Assembly (NCBI GenBank): GCA_002633005.1
Contig: NMRA01000074.1
Coordinates: 268,187-332,186, forward strand
Length of the DNA: 64,000 nt
Direction of reading: 5' to 3'
From: Phoronis australis
Lineage: Eukaryota > Animalia > Phoronida
Part shown: in pieces, positions 13,543 to 25,400 of the stretch
Layout of the letters: each line of letters starts with the position of its first letter
How positions within the stretch are numbered: position 1 is the stretch's first letter
Translations under genes and position numbers: made by a program
The notes under the pieces: model-generated
What the model was told of the DNA's origin: nothing
Database searches by the model: none
Seen by the model: the letters and a program-made list of their open reading frames with translations, nothing else

Positions 13543-13593
13543 CTGAAATTTGAAATTTTCGGAGGTAACAACTTCCTTTATCAACAAAAACAG
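13543..13593 (-). ncRNA. Mirror copy of the putative hammerhead ribozyme in the inverted Penelope arm
   Basis: Exact reverse complement of 14998-15048. Confidence 0.5.
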
Positions 13594-14555
13594 AAATAAA
13601 GTAAAATCAAACACGAAATGACAATTGACATATAAGATATGGTGTAATGAAAATGATACATTTTTGCGTAAAAAATTCAATGACATATTTTAAGTTTTTA
13701 TGTTCAATCCATGAGGTTCTATTGTATTCAGTTTGTCTATCCANNNNNNNNNNNNNNNNNNNNNNNNNNNNNNNNNNNNNNNNNNNNNNNNNNNNNNNNN
13801 NNNNNNNNNNNNNNNNNNNNNNNNNNNNNNNNNNNNNNNNNNNNNNNNNNNNNNNNNNNNNNNNNNNNNNNNNNNNNNNNNNNNNNNNNNNNNNNNNNNN
13901 NNNNNNNNNNNNNNNNNNNNNNNNNNNNNNNNNNNNNNNNNNNNNNNNNNNNNNNNNNNNNNNNNNNNNNNNNNNNNNNNNNNNNNNNNNNNNNNNNNNN
14001 NNNNNNNNNNNNNNNNNNNNNNNNNNNNNNNNNNNNNNNNNNNNNNNNNNNNNNNNNNNNNNNNNNNNNNNNNNNNNNNNNNNNNNNNNNNNNNNNNNNN
14101 NNNNNNNNNNNNNNNNNNNNNNNNNNNNNNNNNNNNNNNNNNNNNNNNNNNNNNNNNNNNNNNNNNNNNNNNNNNNNNNNNNNNNNNNNNNNNNNNNNNN
14201 NNNNNNNNNNNNNNNNNNNNNNNNNNNNNNNNNNNNNNNNNNNNNNNNNNNNNNNNNNNNNNNNNNNNNNNNNNNNNNNNNNNNNNNNNNNNNNNNNNNN
14301 NNNNNNNNNNNNNNNNNNNNNNNNNNNNNNNNNNNNNNNNNNNNNNNNNNNNNNNNNNNNNNNNNNNNNNNNNNNNNNNNNNNNNNNNNNNNNNNNNNNN
14401 NNNNNNNNNNNNNNNNNNNNNNNNNNNNNNNNNNNNNNNNNNNNNNNNNNNNNNNNNNNNNNNNNNNNNNNNNNNNNNNNNNNNNNNNNNNNNNNNNNNN
14501 NNNNNNNNNNNNNNNNNNNNNNNNNNNNNNNNNNNNNNNNNNNNNNNNNNNNNNN

Positions 14556-14901
14556 TTCCCAAACCAATGAAAACTTTGAAATAAAACATTATTCTGATTG
14601 CACCACCAACAATATTATTTACCTTATAACTTGTAAAAAATGTTCTATCCAATACGTAGGACAAACTCAACATAATCTACAAACTCGGTTTCGTAATCAT
14701 AGATTTAACATAATACATAAAAACATTTCTGATACTGTAGGTAATCATTTCAATTCCAAAAACCATAATATTCAAGATCTTTCTGTACAAATAATAGAAA
14801 AACTCCAACACCCCAATACCCCTCACAGACTTAAAAGAGAACAATATTGGATAGACAAACTGAATACAATAGAGCCTCATGGATTGAACATAAAAACTTA
14901 A
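14556..14901 (+). CDS. C-terminal GIY-YIG endonuclease domain of Penelope-like element (5' part in the N gap)
   Basis: NIIYLITCKKCSIQYVGQT...RFRNH...VGNHF...RLKREQYWIDKLNTIEPHGLN: IY/YVG motif with intervening CxxC plus two His, catalytic R/E and the C-terminal GLN motif typical of PLE endonucleases. Confidence 0.9.
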
Positions 14902-14997
14902 AATATGTCATTGAATTTTTTACGCAAAAATGTATCATTTTCATTACACCATATCTTATATGTCAATTGTCATTTCGTGTTTGATTTTACTTTATTT

Positions 14998-15048
14998 CTG
15001 TTTTTGTTGATAAAGGAAGTTGTTACCTCCGAAAATTTCAAATTTCAG
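14998..15048 (+). ncRNA. Putative minimal type-I hammerhead ribozyme (C3U/G8A variant) in the Penelope 3' arm
   Basis: TTTG-[TTGATAA]-a-GGAAGT-tgtt-ACCTCC-[GAAA]-ATTT-CAAA: core boxes, stem II, palindromic mini stem III, and stem I TTTG/CAAA plus CTG/CAG. Confidence 0.55.
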
Positions 15049-17339
15049 TTGATCCATTCTTGTTGTTTTATTTACCGATTAAGATATTTCAGTGAAGTTG
15101 TTATGAGTGAGCATTATTTAGGCTTAAGTATCGACTGAACTAAATTGCGTTGCAATTTGTTGATGAAGTTTTTAACTCTAGTAAAATGGAGCAGAAAATT
15201 ATCTTTAAGATCATAGACACTCAAATGTTTTGAATACATGCACAATTCACAGACACACAGAGCATAATTATATAATACGATACGTCCTGGTACGAATCGT
15301 TTGTTAGCTTAGGGCTAGTTTCGAGCCGACCAAAGACCAGTCTTCTAACTAAGCAGCAACAACCTAGCCTACAATGTTTATGAAACATATTGCATAACTG
15401 TCTAATTTTGACGGTGTCGTGAACACGCAGATTCTGTAGCCCCCAGAGCGAGAAACTACAAACCTCACAAGACGCAGACCTCGAAAACGCAGACGGTTTT
15501 GACCATGCTCATTCGATACGAAATTCAGTGTGACGTACACATTACTATAATACAGCTTTCGCAAACTGTTTGGCACGTTTTCCTAATTTTCGAATAAATC
15601 AAAATAGTTGGGGTATCCAGTAAAGTTCTAAGGTTATGCGGATAAGCACTGTTATCTTGGCATCTCCCGTTCAATATATTCAAATTGCTTCTTAAATCGT
15701 TGAGTTTCCACACTTCGAACTAAGAATACCGACCTCAAGTCCACTCCCTCATTGGCTAAATTTCTCAGTTGAGGTAACTGCGAACTTTGTTTACCAGGTT
15801 CTACTTATATGCACTTATCTTAAATTTGTTACCTGCAACCCCTACAAATTATGTATTTTATGAAAGATGCATAAATTTCCTAACAAAATGTATTATTCTT
15901 ATCTACATATTTTCATTTTGTCACGAGATATGGTGTTTTTAGTAAAAAATATTTTTTGACTTTGAACAAAGATTTAAAATTTGTTCCGCCTTCCCCTCTA
16001 AAACTTTGAAATGTTCCTGGAATGGCAATCAACAACGACAACAACGAGATAGCTAATAAAGTCAGCAAGATGCTAAAATTTCAGAAATGAATTAGTTTTG
16101 GGTAATGCTTTCTGATTTCAGCGGCATTGAAAGTACTTGTCGACGACTATACGCTCCTTTTCGAGTTTTGAAATGGCTATTACATGTTTCATTTCAATAG
16201 CAGAAAACTGGGCAGAACGAAAAATGATACAGTATTGGCACACTTGATACCTTTTGCTTTTTATCCAGGTTCTCATTTGCTCCCTTGTAAGGAGACAGAT
16301 GAACTATCGAGAAAGGAGGTTTCAATGAGATATTTTTTATTATTTTACTTGATATATAGTCCTCCGCTTCTTTATTCTCAGCGCCGTCTGAGACGTATAG
16401 GTACTTTAATTAAAAAGTGTCGTAATACAGCTAATTAACCTAGAATTTTGATTACGAATAATATTTTAAATCCTATTCAAGCTACAAATGACGACTGCTG
16501 CTCCTTTAAGTGCATACTAAAGAGACAATGAAACACTTATTTTGGGACTGAAACAGTGAACTTGGACAAGGATTAATACCGAAATTTTGAATAAAGTTAA
16601 TTCGTGTGTCTGCATACACTCCTACAACAATGTTATCCTAGGTTTTTCTGATAATCAAGAAATTTTTAAGAACATCATTTTACTATTGGGTAAACAGTTT
16701 ATTTATTATAAGAAGTATGTATCAGTCGAAGGTTGCTCGTGAGCGCTTTTATAACGCCCATCGGACAATACTATTTGAGTGAAAGGTATAGTGCTCACAG
16801 AAATTTAAATTTAGATTTTTTAGAAAAGCGGTCAGTGGTGTATTTTTGAAACCATTTTTTCTAAATAGCCAGCAAGATTAGGTTTTCATCGTGACTGTGT
16901 GTCTTTTTTGTTAATGTGCCTTTAATTAATACAACTCTAAAAAATACAGCTACATTGGTGCAGTAGGTAACTGTAGATATATATCTACCAAAGAAACACG
17001 TCAATATTGCATAGGTTTAGGAAACCGTGTTTCCCACGTAGGCAAGGCACATCCCATTTTGACTGTGGGACATCTGCGCAAGGTATCAAAGAAGAGCACG
17101 TGTCGCTTAAGGCAGTTCATTTTAAGTATCAACATGATGTATACTTACATCCCCACCAGTTGTAATTTTAAACAGATACCTTTGTCATTTCAAAGTTATG
17201 CAAGGCCAAGAAGTAGCCTACGGTTACGAATGTTAGGCCTATACATGCAAGGCCGAGATGTAGCCTTAGGCTGTAACCAAGATAAAAGATGCTTTCATCA
17301 TGCACTCTAAACATATGTCGTTCATTTCGGGTCAAGTGA

Positions 17340-18126
17340 TTTGAATGGCAGGACAGGCGGATCTCAGGGGCGGATTCAGGATCTTGCCAATTGGGGGGGG
17401 CAGGGCAGAGTTTTAGCCAGACATTCGAGCGCCTAAATTGCCAAATGGAATCTGGGAAAATTTTAGGGGGTCATGCCCCCCCTTAAATCCGCCATTGGAT
17501 CTCACCGTCGTTCCAAGCGGTAGACAAAGCAAACCTGCCACCTCCGTGTCCGTTGAGTGGAGGGTACCAAGCTGTGACGAAGATGGCCTCCATGACGCCT
17601 CGGCAGTTCTTGTCCCCATTCAAATTTCAAACACTGTGTCATTATCGAACTCGAGGCCATTTGCATGTAAGTGTCTGTGCATCGCCGACGAAACACATTC
17701 TCGGCCCTGCGTTCCTCCGTTGTGGGAACAACCGTTACCGTATTGGTTGTAAACAGTTGAGTTTCCCTGTCACTCAACAGACAGGGAAGGGGCGGGTTTG
17801 CCCATTGTACACTAGCTGCTTGCATCGCTGCTATACACTGTAGATCGTATCTGGCGAGAGCTTCACCTACCCCGATATTTCAATCATTCAACCATTCCTC
17901 GGGAGCGGGGCGCTCCCATAGTCCATCTGAACAAGATTAATTTTTAAAATTTCTTTGATTATGGAACGTCCTGGATGGATACAGATTTACATTTCAAGAT
18001 ATTTGGAGATGTTTAGAATTATTATTATTTTGTCTAAGACAAAGTTTCAAATGATCTAACTTACGTTAAAATTTGTTACTAATTGTTTTTACTAAAATGG
18101 AACAGAAACGTTACTTTAAGAACATG
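17340..18126 (+). repeat. Second copy of the 12.8-13.4 kb element and its flank (no Penelope insertion)
   Basis: Shares GCAAAC..GCCACCTCCGTGTC.GTTGAGTG, GTTCCTCCGTTG and TGGATGGATA.AGATTTACATTTCAAGATATTT with copy 1, then continues similar to 15092-15215. Confidence 0.75.
17365..17497. mobile_element. Small MITE nested in the repeat
   Basis: Termini CAGGGGCGGATT / AATCCGCCATTG, flanked by GATCT on both sides; absent from copy 1. Confidence 0.65.
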
Positions 18127-18202
18127 ATCGTAAACAACGCATGCGCAGAATTTTTTGCTTAGCACTGGCTACCTCTCCTTTACCCCGCCAGGCAACTTTT
18201 AT

Positions 18203-18318
18203 CATGCCTATTTCGGCACATGCCTATTTCGGCACATGCCTATCTCGGCACATGCCTATTTCGGCACATGCCCATTTCGGCACACGCCCATTTCGGCACA
18301 TGCCCATTTCGGCACGCC
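18203..18318. repeat. 16-bp tandem repeat (CATGCCTATTTCGGCA) x ~7
   Basis: Direct inspection. Confidence 0.9.
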
Positions 18319-19582
18319 CTAAGCTAATGAAGTGCATGGTAATTGCCAGCACTTTCCCAATTCAACAATGGTGGTACTTAGTGCACTCAAATACTAGGTT
18401 TTCTCTGACATTTGCAGAGTCAGTGTCGCGAGTACTTTTAACTTTAAATATTTCAAAATGGCTAAAAACGCTGATTTTTGTTATCATGGCAAAGGGCCAC
18501 TTCTCAAAAGAACGCTGGTTTTAAAAACGTTTCATACCGGTTTTCGTTAGTTTATTTTTCATACCGCAAGCTACGTAGGTTTTCTGGCCAGGTGGGAACG
18601 GGTTGCTATCTTTTTATTTAATTTTTAAACTTGAAGTACCAAAACAATGCGGGTAGATTTTGATCGCCAGCGAAACTTAGAAATCAGTTAATTGTGAACC
18701 CAACCCTAACCGTAGTCGGTCTTTAAACGTGCTCCTTTACCAGGTGATTACCGTCAGTACTGGGACATTTTCGCGAATATCAGTATGCCCGGTTAGCGTG
18801 CTACTCGAATGAAATAATGCGACATGCATGTTTTAAGCATTTAGTGTCTAATTGAGTCTTTGCATTTCTTGTAATGTAATTTAGTTGTATACTAAAAAAT
18901 AATCCACGAGTTATTCTAGAACAGCTTACTGGGTACTAAAATACGACACCCGATACGTTTATCAGGATTCAGGGTTTATTTGTACACAAGTTACTGATCG
19001 CATTTCGTGCTATCCACACGAAATTCACTCACGTAATGTATCTCACTAAAACCTCATGTAGATAGATCTCCTTAATAGCCATCTGCGTTTGTGTGATATC
19101 CATCTCGTCAGTAAAGCGAATGACTGTGAGCGCATTTATCACAAGTGGGAGGGAGTTTAGAGACTTTATGTGGACTGCAGTTTTTTCATCGCGTGTATTT
19201 CAGAAATCGTGAATTCCGTATTTTTTTCTGCTTTTACAAGTTTAGTTCTCTGGTACGTCATCTCACTTAGCCTCCTACCCAAACGGATCAGTTATTCCCC
19301 ATAGCAAGTCTGGTCCAGTATCTCATTTTCATTTCGCCGGCGTCAGCATAGTCCAGCGATTTCCAGACTGAGTGTCCAGACGAATTGTGTCCACTTCCCC
19401 TTGCGATTTTCTTCCCTTCCTTGCGATCGCCACATCCATCCCCATCAGTCTCCGGATGTCGCCAACTGAATTTTGTATCGGCCCACCGCTCCCAGCATAA
19501 GTTGAGGCCAAATCCGAGGCGGCGATCGTAACTTGGGTAACCAGGTTCTAATAAATTTGTTCGGAGTGACAACGAGGCCTAA

Positions 19583-19775
19583 GGACCAGCGCACACCGAT
19601 AGCTGGGCAGTCAGCCTCGTGACTGAAATCTGAGCTGACACACCTCGCTCATGCCAACTGGAAGTGCGAAAATTTGAAATTGGATGAACTTGGCTAAACG
19701 CTGGTTACATGTAGCTCAGATGCGATTCACCTGAGGCAGGCAGTTCAGCTCGCACCTACCCGTCTGTGCTGGTCC
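19583..19775. mobile_element. PIF/Harbinger-like MITE
   Basis: TAA|GGACCAGCGCAC ... GTCTGTGCTGGTCC|TAA: imperfect TIR with TAA TSD. Confidence 0.55.
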
Positions 19776-20802
19776 TAATGTTAAGATTCAAATTATTACG
19801 GTCTAGTTTGGGAAAATTATTGAATATCCTGCTTTGAATATTTTGAAACGGCAAGGTTCCAAGATCCCAGTTACACTGCCTTTGAAGCTATTTCAATACC
19901 TTTTGTCGCAACTGCTTTCGCTGCTCTGGTGTACGCAGAGCGATTCCTCACAACCGGTGTCCACAACACAAGTGGTTTGCTGTCACTGAATAGTAAAAAC
20001 GCCGACTGTCTGTGTTCTGAGGGGGCTTCCACCACGGAGTTCGGAATGGGCGGCTCAGCACTGAAGCTCCCCGGCCCCCTTGTGGTGCACCGCCTATAGA
20101 CCATAGGCGTCACAGCATTAAAAAACTGGGAAGCTATAGCCCCCATGCTGCGCCGCCAATGACGGTTCCAGCACCCCCAGCTCTTTCAAGAGACTATGGG
20201 TTTCATATATTCCTGGACTCCTGCTCAGCCTGAATGTTGCCACCTAGAAGCAGCCATGGACTGACGGAAAAGGTCAGTCAAGAGTGGACGTTGAAAGGTG
20301 GACATCAAGCAAAGCTAATTATTGCAACTAATACTCGCTTTAGCAGACGCTGCACCGAACCTATGATCAAACCACCAACACCCAATCAAATTAATGAATA
20401 GGAAAATAACCCTAGTGTTCCCGCATTGGTTCACTAATCCAAATAGTCAGCTCCCAGATGCGGAATGGGGGGGGGGGGGGGCATGGTGCCCAAACAATCC
20501 GTCCAAACCCACCATGGCTAGCAAACCGCAAGACTGCATGATAAGATCTAGTTTTCCACCAGAGCTGCCCAAAAGCAGCACAGCAACTACTTGGCATTGG
20601 ACGACATTGCCAGGTTCATTAAGAACAGTATTTTTTATCAGAAAACATTCACCCACAATTAGTATTGTTCTCATAGTGACCAGCTCAGACTGACGTCAGT
20701 ATTATAGTAGGTCAATTTTGTTTTGTTATTCTGCAGATGCAAGAGACATGCTATAACAAAACGAAACAAAACTAAAGAAACAAGAATATTTGTTATAACT
20801 TT

Positions 20803-20808
20803 TTTATT
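20803..20808 (-). terminator. Candidate HEATR1 polyadenylation signal
   Basis: AATAAA on the minus strand followed by a U/GU-rich tract (minus strand of 20757-20786), ~1.55 kb past the stop codon. Confidence 0.4.
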
Positions 20809-21454
20809 GTCATGTACACTTATAACCCACAAATAAGAGATTTCAACTGAGAATTATTATGTTAATGGCGAAATGAATGCATGGAAGATAAGTTGGAGCC
20901 AGGAAAGATCATGAATAATTGCAGAGATGAGTTAACGCCACTTTTCAAAATTTGCTTTCATGAGCATCTGTGGTTATGTGATCTACTTCATAGAAACTTG
21001 AAGAGCCTTTAAGAGTTTAACCATTATGGAGGCGGATGTCAGAACCCCGCATATACAATGTATCCGAATAACACTGCTCATGCACTTCGCGTTCAAGAAC
21101 ACGCTGCTCATTGACCAAACTCAGTTCACGACCAGCACTCACAAAACACAGCTTATGCACCATTAGAGTATGGATCCTGGACAGCGAACACAAAAAACGT
21201 ATTATAGACCACAAAGACAGCTTGTGGACAAAAAGTACACTTTTCGGTTTCCTAAGTGCCATCTAGAGGCAGAAAGGTGAATGTTTACAATGAATACCCC
21301 AACCACTAGGTGGGGCTGCAGCTGTTATCTCTTACGATGCCAGTCTCCAGTAAAAGCATGTTCCTCTACAGCAACTTCGTTTTGGGCTTCGTTAAAATTT
21401 CTTGGGCCTCCCTCAGACATTGAATCCGCCTATGTGCCAAAAGACCTGGGCCTG

Positions 21455-22212
21455 GGCCCGGTCTCTAATCTTTGTACTCGAAACGAACTCGAAACTATTT
21501 TTGGCAATTTCTCTGCTCCTTTTGTGCGAACTTAAGATAATTGGCTATCAGACTGTGCTCGAATACATTAAAGTTTATGCATAAGAGTTTCTAGTTCAAG
21601 TTTGCCCTTGAAGACCCTTATATTCGTGCTAAAAACTCGAGTAAAAACTCGAAATTTCGAGTTCAAACTCGAACTTATTGCTTTAATATTGGGTTTACAA
21701 ACTGTGAACTAAGGGCAATAAATTATCTACGTAAGTTATTGTGTACTCGAGCATAGAATAATAGACACTTATCTTAAGTTCGCCCAAAAGTAGAGTAGAA
21801 AATGCCAAACCTAATTTCGAGTTCCATTTCGAGTAAAAAGATTGGAGACCGGGCCCTGGTCTCTAATCTTTGTACTCGAAACGAACTCGAAACTATTTTT
21901 GGCAATTTCTCTGCTCCTTTTGTGCGAACTTAAGATAATTGGTTATCCCTAGTTCAAGTTTGCCCTTGAAGACCCTTATATTCGTGCTACAAACTCGAGC
22001 AAAACTCGAAATTTGGAGTTCAAACCCAAACTTATTGCTTTAATATTGGGTTTACAAACTGTGAACTAAGGGCAATAAATTATCTACGCAAGTTATTGTG
22101 TACTCGAGCATAGAATAATAGACACTTATCTTGAGTTCGCCCAAAAGTAGAGTAGAAAATGCCAAACCTAATTTCGAGTTCCATTTCGAGTAAAAAGATT
22201 GGAAACCGGGCC
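21455..22212. mobile_element. Tandem dimer of a Harbinger-like MITE
   Basis: TIR GGCCCGGTCTCTAATCTTTGTACTCGAAA / TTTCGAGTAAAAAGATTGGAGACCGGGCC. CTG trinucleotide at 21452, 21856 and 22213. Units 21455-21855 and 21859-22212 are near-identical. Confidence 0.8.
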
Positions 22213-22361
22213 CTGATAAGCAGACAACATTTCAACAGTTGGGAAGGGGGCTACGACATGTGCTGATGATCACTGCACATATTGTCGACCCTGACAACAC
22301 ATTGTCGACCCACATATTGTGGCCTTCAGTGGAGAAACAACAACGACAGGCTCCATAAGAA

Positions 22362-22450
22362 CTAAAAATATTTCTGAAGTGGCTCTCCCAGCACCTTTTC
22401 AAGTTCACCGATCACTTGTTGACACCTCTGCTCCACTTCAACAGACTCGT
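22362..22450 (-). CDS. HEATR1: HEATR1 last coding exon (DESVEVEQ...GEPLQKYF*)
   Basis: CAG acceptor, TAG stop at 22362-22364, conserved C-terminus. Confidence 0.92.
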
Positions 22451-25400
22451 CTGAAAAAAGTCAAAAGGAAAACTAAACAGTGGCCACACAGAGTTTCAGT
22501 ACCCGCAGAAGGCAAACAGAAGGTGCGTTCATTATCTTCACGCAGTAATGGGAAATTACAACGGCACAGAGTGTTAGTTGAGACAATGTTGGTAAGTCAC
22601 CATGCACCCTGTTGAAAACTAAATCTGCCAAATTCACCAAGCTCAGGTTTCTTCATGAAGTGGACCAGAAATCCAGATGACAAAACCCCAGAACCACCTA
22701 GTGGCACAGCGCTAGTTGATTCTGTTTTACGAAAAATGAGATATGGTATACGCAAAAATGTATGGGCTAATTTGTGATGTGGGATTCCTTGCCAGGATGC
22801 TTGCACAAATGTAACTTTGCCTGGTAATTTTGGAATGTATTTTAACAGCAAGAATATCCTTTGCGGGTTCGGCAAAGAGATGAAGCCACCTTGAGACGAA
22901 TGTAACTAAATGTCAATTACGTAAATTCTCTATAAAAGACCAGCTCAACATGCCAAAAATAATTAAGACAAAACTTCCCACAATATTCCTTCAAGAATCT
23001 TGCAAAGACGCACGAACAGGCAAGACTTCGCGAGTATCACCATGTATTACAAGCCATGCACATGACCACACTAGTTCCTTGAGTCCACAAAAATCTACCC
23101 AACAGGTCCACATACCTTCCATGAGTTCTGCCAGGAACGGGATCGTCTCAGGGAGCAAAGTCATGAAGTCCTCACCGAGCTTGGAGCTGAAGGCTTCGAT
23201 TACATTTAGGGAGACAAATCTCACCTGTGAACACATGGCACCAACATGTATTCAAGGTAAGTCATGCACACGTTTCGGTAGTTTTTTGCAATTGCTGAAA
23301 CTGCTACTTGAGTGATCATATGACATCTGAAGTGACTGCACAGTGCAAAAACAATTTATCATAAGCTCTGGAAACTTGAATATTTTTTCACAATGATCAT
23401 TAAGGTTAGTTCCCAACATTCAGATTAATATCTAATAAAAATACACAATAAAATTAAAATTATACACAACAGATTGGGCTAAAATTTACAAAATGACTTA
23501 ATTATATTCTAATTCAGGCAACTCACTTTATATTCTTATATTCTAAATAAGTAAAAGAACCCGATCGTAAAAATACAAAAGCACAAAAAATTACAAAATG
23601 TTCTTTTCTTGGCAATATCTTCCAACTGATGAGACTAATTCTGTATACCAAGCTGGCGAGAACAAAAACGACAACTGACAAGAAACTAGACAAAGTACAG
23701 TTCGTCAAAAGTGCGGCTTACCTTGGCCGACGCGTGTCGCGTCTTGAGGCACACCTGGTAGTTTAAAGGTCGCCACAAGGAGCCATCGCCAACAGCGACA
23801 GCAAATTGGGCAAGGCAGGGCACAACATGCTGCGTCATTCTATCTTGGTATGCTACGTCACCACCATGCCGATTCTCAATCTAAGAAGCAAATATCAGAC
23901 AAACATTGTACTTGATGCGAAAATTTTCTATCTAGTCATTCTGAGACTCAAATGTCGGAAAAACAAAAGAAAGTTTCCAGAATATTCAGAATAATAGTTT
24001 TCAAATCAACATAAGGGCTTGATACAGTTCTATGACAAAACTAGAAAAAGTTCGCTGAAATTCCTACATTCTAAAAACTACAGACAGTGCCAATACCTAC
24101 AATAAAACCAGACCATAAAAATACAATGATATACAACATAAACGACGGTGTAGGTTGCGAACTTAATGTGCTCAGCAAGTTTAAACTATAGGCTTTATTA
24201 TTTTAAGTACTTGCCAGCAACATCCAAACTCATCGTGATGATAACAAGAAACCAACACGTTAAAAGGCCTGCGTTTCAATCAGTTCATATAGTGGGACAG
24301 TACTCTAGCCCAGTCAAATGTTCTTGACCTAGTCCTCTATACCTGATCAACCAGCGGCTGCATGAGTGTGTCAAACCTCTCCTTGTTCATGAACCCGTCA
24401 TTGTCATGTAGGAAGCAGTTATACAGGGTGGTCAGTATATACTGCAAGAGGCTACAAGTCTCCTCAGATGATGAGTCGTTACCATCGCTATCACTTTCCA
24501 TACTCTCATCATCGCCACTTTCATCATTGTCCCTTACTGCAATAAAAAGAGCATGATACCTGTTAGCAACTCATAGGCTGTATATCATCCAATGTGTAAA
24601 CCAACAGCTAGTGGCTATGTTTGGTTACTCAATTACTTTCGCACACCTGTCAACTAGGAAGTCTGTACATTCAGTTTATTTGGCACACCTCCACTATCAG
24701 GAAAATATCTTTAATTTATTTTGTGCAAAATACGTTGAGAATTGCTAAGTGACAATGTCACTTAAAACCGATTCAGAATCTATCCTCGGATTGGAAAGGT
24801 CAGCAATAAATTGATTCTGAAGAATATTCAGATTACCACCACTACTATAATACTGAGCAAACCATGCAAACGTAATCTGAGAATTCAGAGCATTTGACAA
24901 ATAACTAGAGTAAGAGATGCTGGTTCTTGCGACAATGGAGGAAATTCTGACTGCTTTCAAGTAATTAGAGAGTTCGAGACATTTCAGTAGCAAGTGCCAC
25001 AATTCTAATACTTGTGGGTCTTTAATTACCAAAAATTGGGAAGACATAATTGATAAAACTGGACGACCGTTTTGTAGCAGACAGCAGACATGTTAATGTG
25101 GTTGTTCATTCTCTCCGAAGGTAGCACTGTTTCCTTTCCACTTTTGAAAACTGAAAATGGTGCACAGCAAGGTACCAGTAAGACAGAGAACTCACCTCTT
25201 TTGCTACTGTTCAAAGCGTCCAACAGGTTGGCTGCTTGTTTGACCAGCTGACCAGCAAACAATGTGAACAACTCCTTCAGCTGTTCAGAGATGAGAGCCA
25301 TCAGTCGGTAGAAAGGCAGCAGGCGCTGGCATGAGCCTCCGACACCGTCCCGGCCCGCCCAGTCGTACAGCTTAAGAAACATCGGACGGAAAGACGCCTC

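Larger units (their letters stand above)
13431..15080. mobile_element. Truncated Penelope-like retroelement (Neptune-type) with inverted arms
   Basis: 13511-13743 is the reverse complement of 14848-15080. GIY-YIG ORF end on the + strand. Flanked by an 11-bp direct repeat AAGATATTTCA (13420-13430; 15081-15091). Confidence 0.85.

Noticed and set aside
13647-14673. Long ORFs (276-396 aa) in the ORF track
   Set aside because: They run through the N gap; only the GIY-YIG part (14556-14901) and its inverted copy are real sequence.
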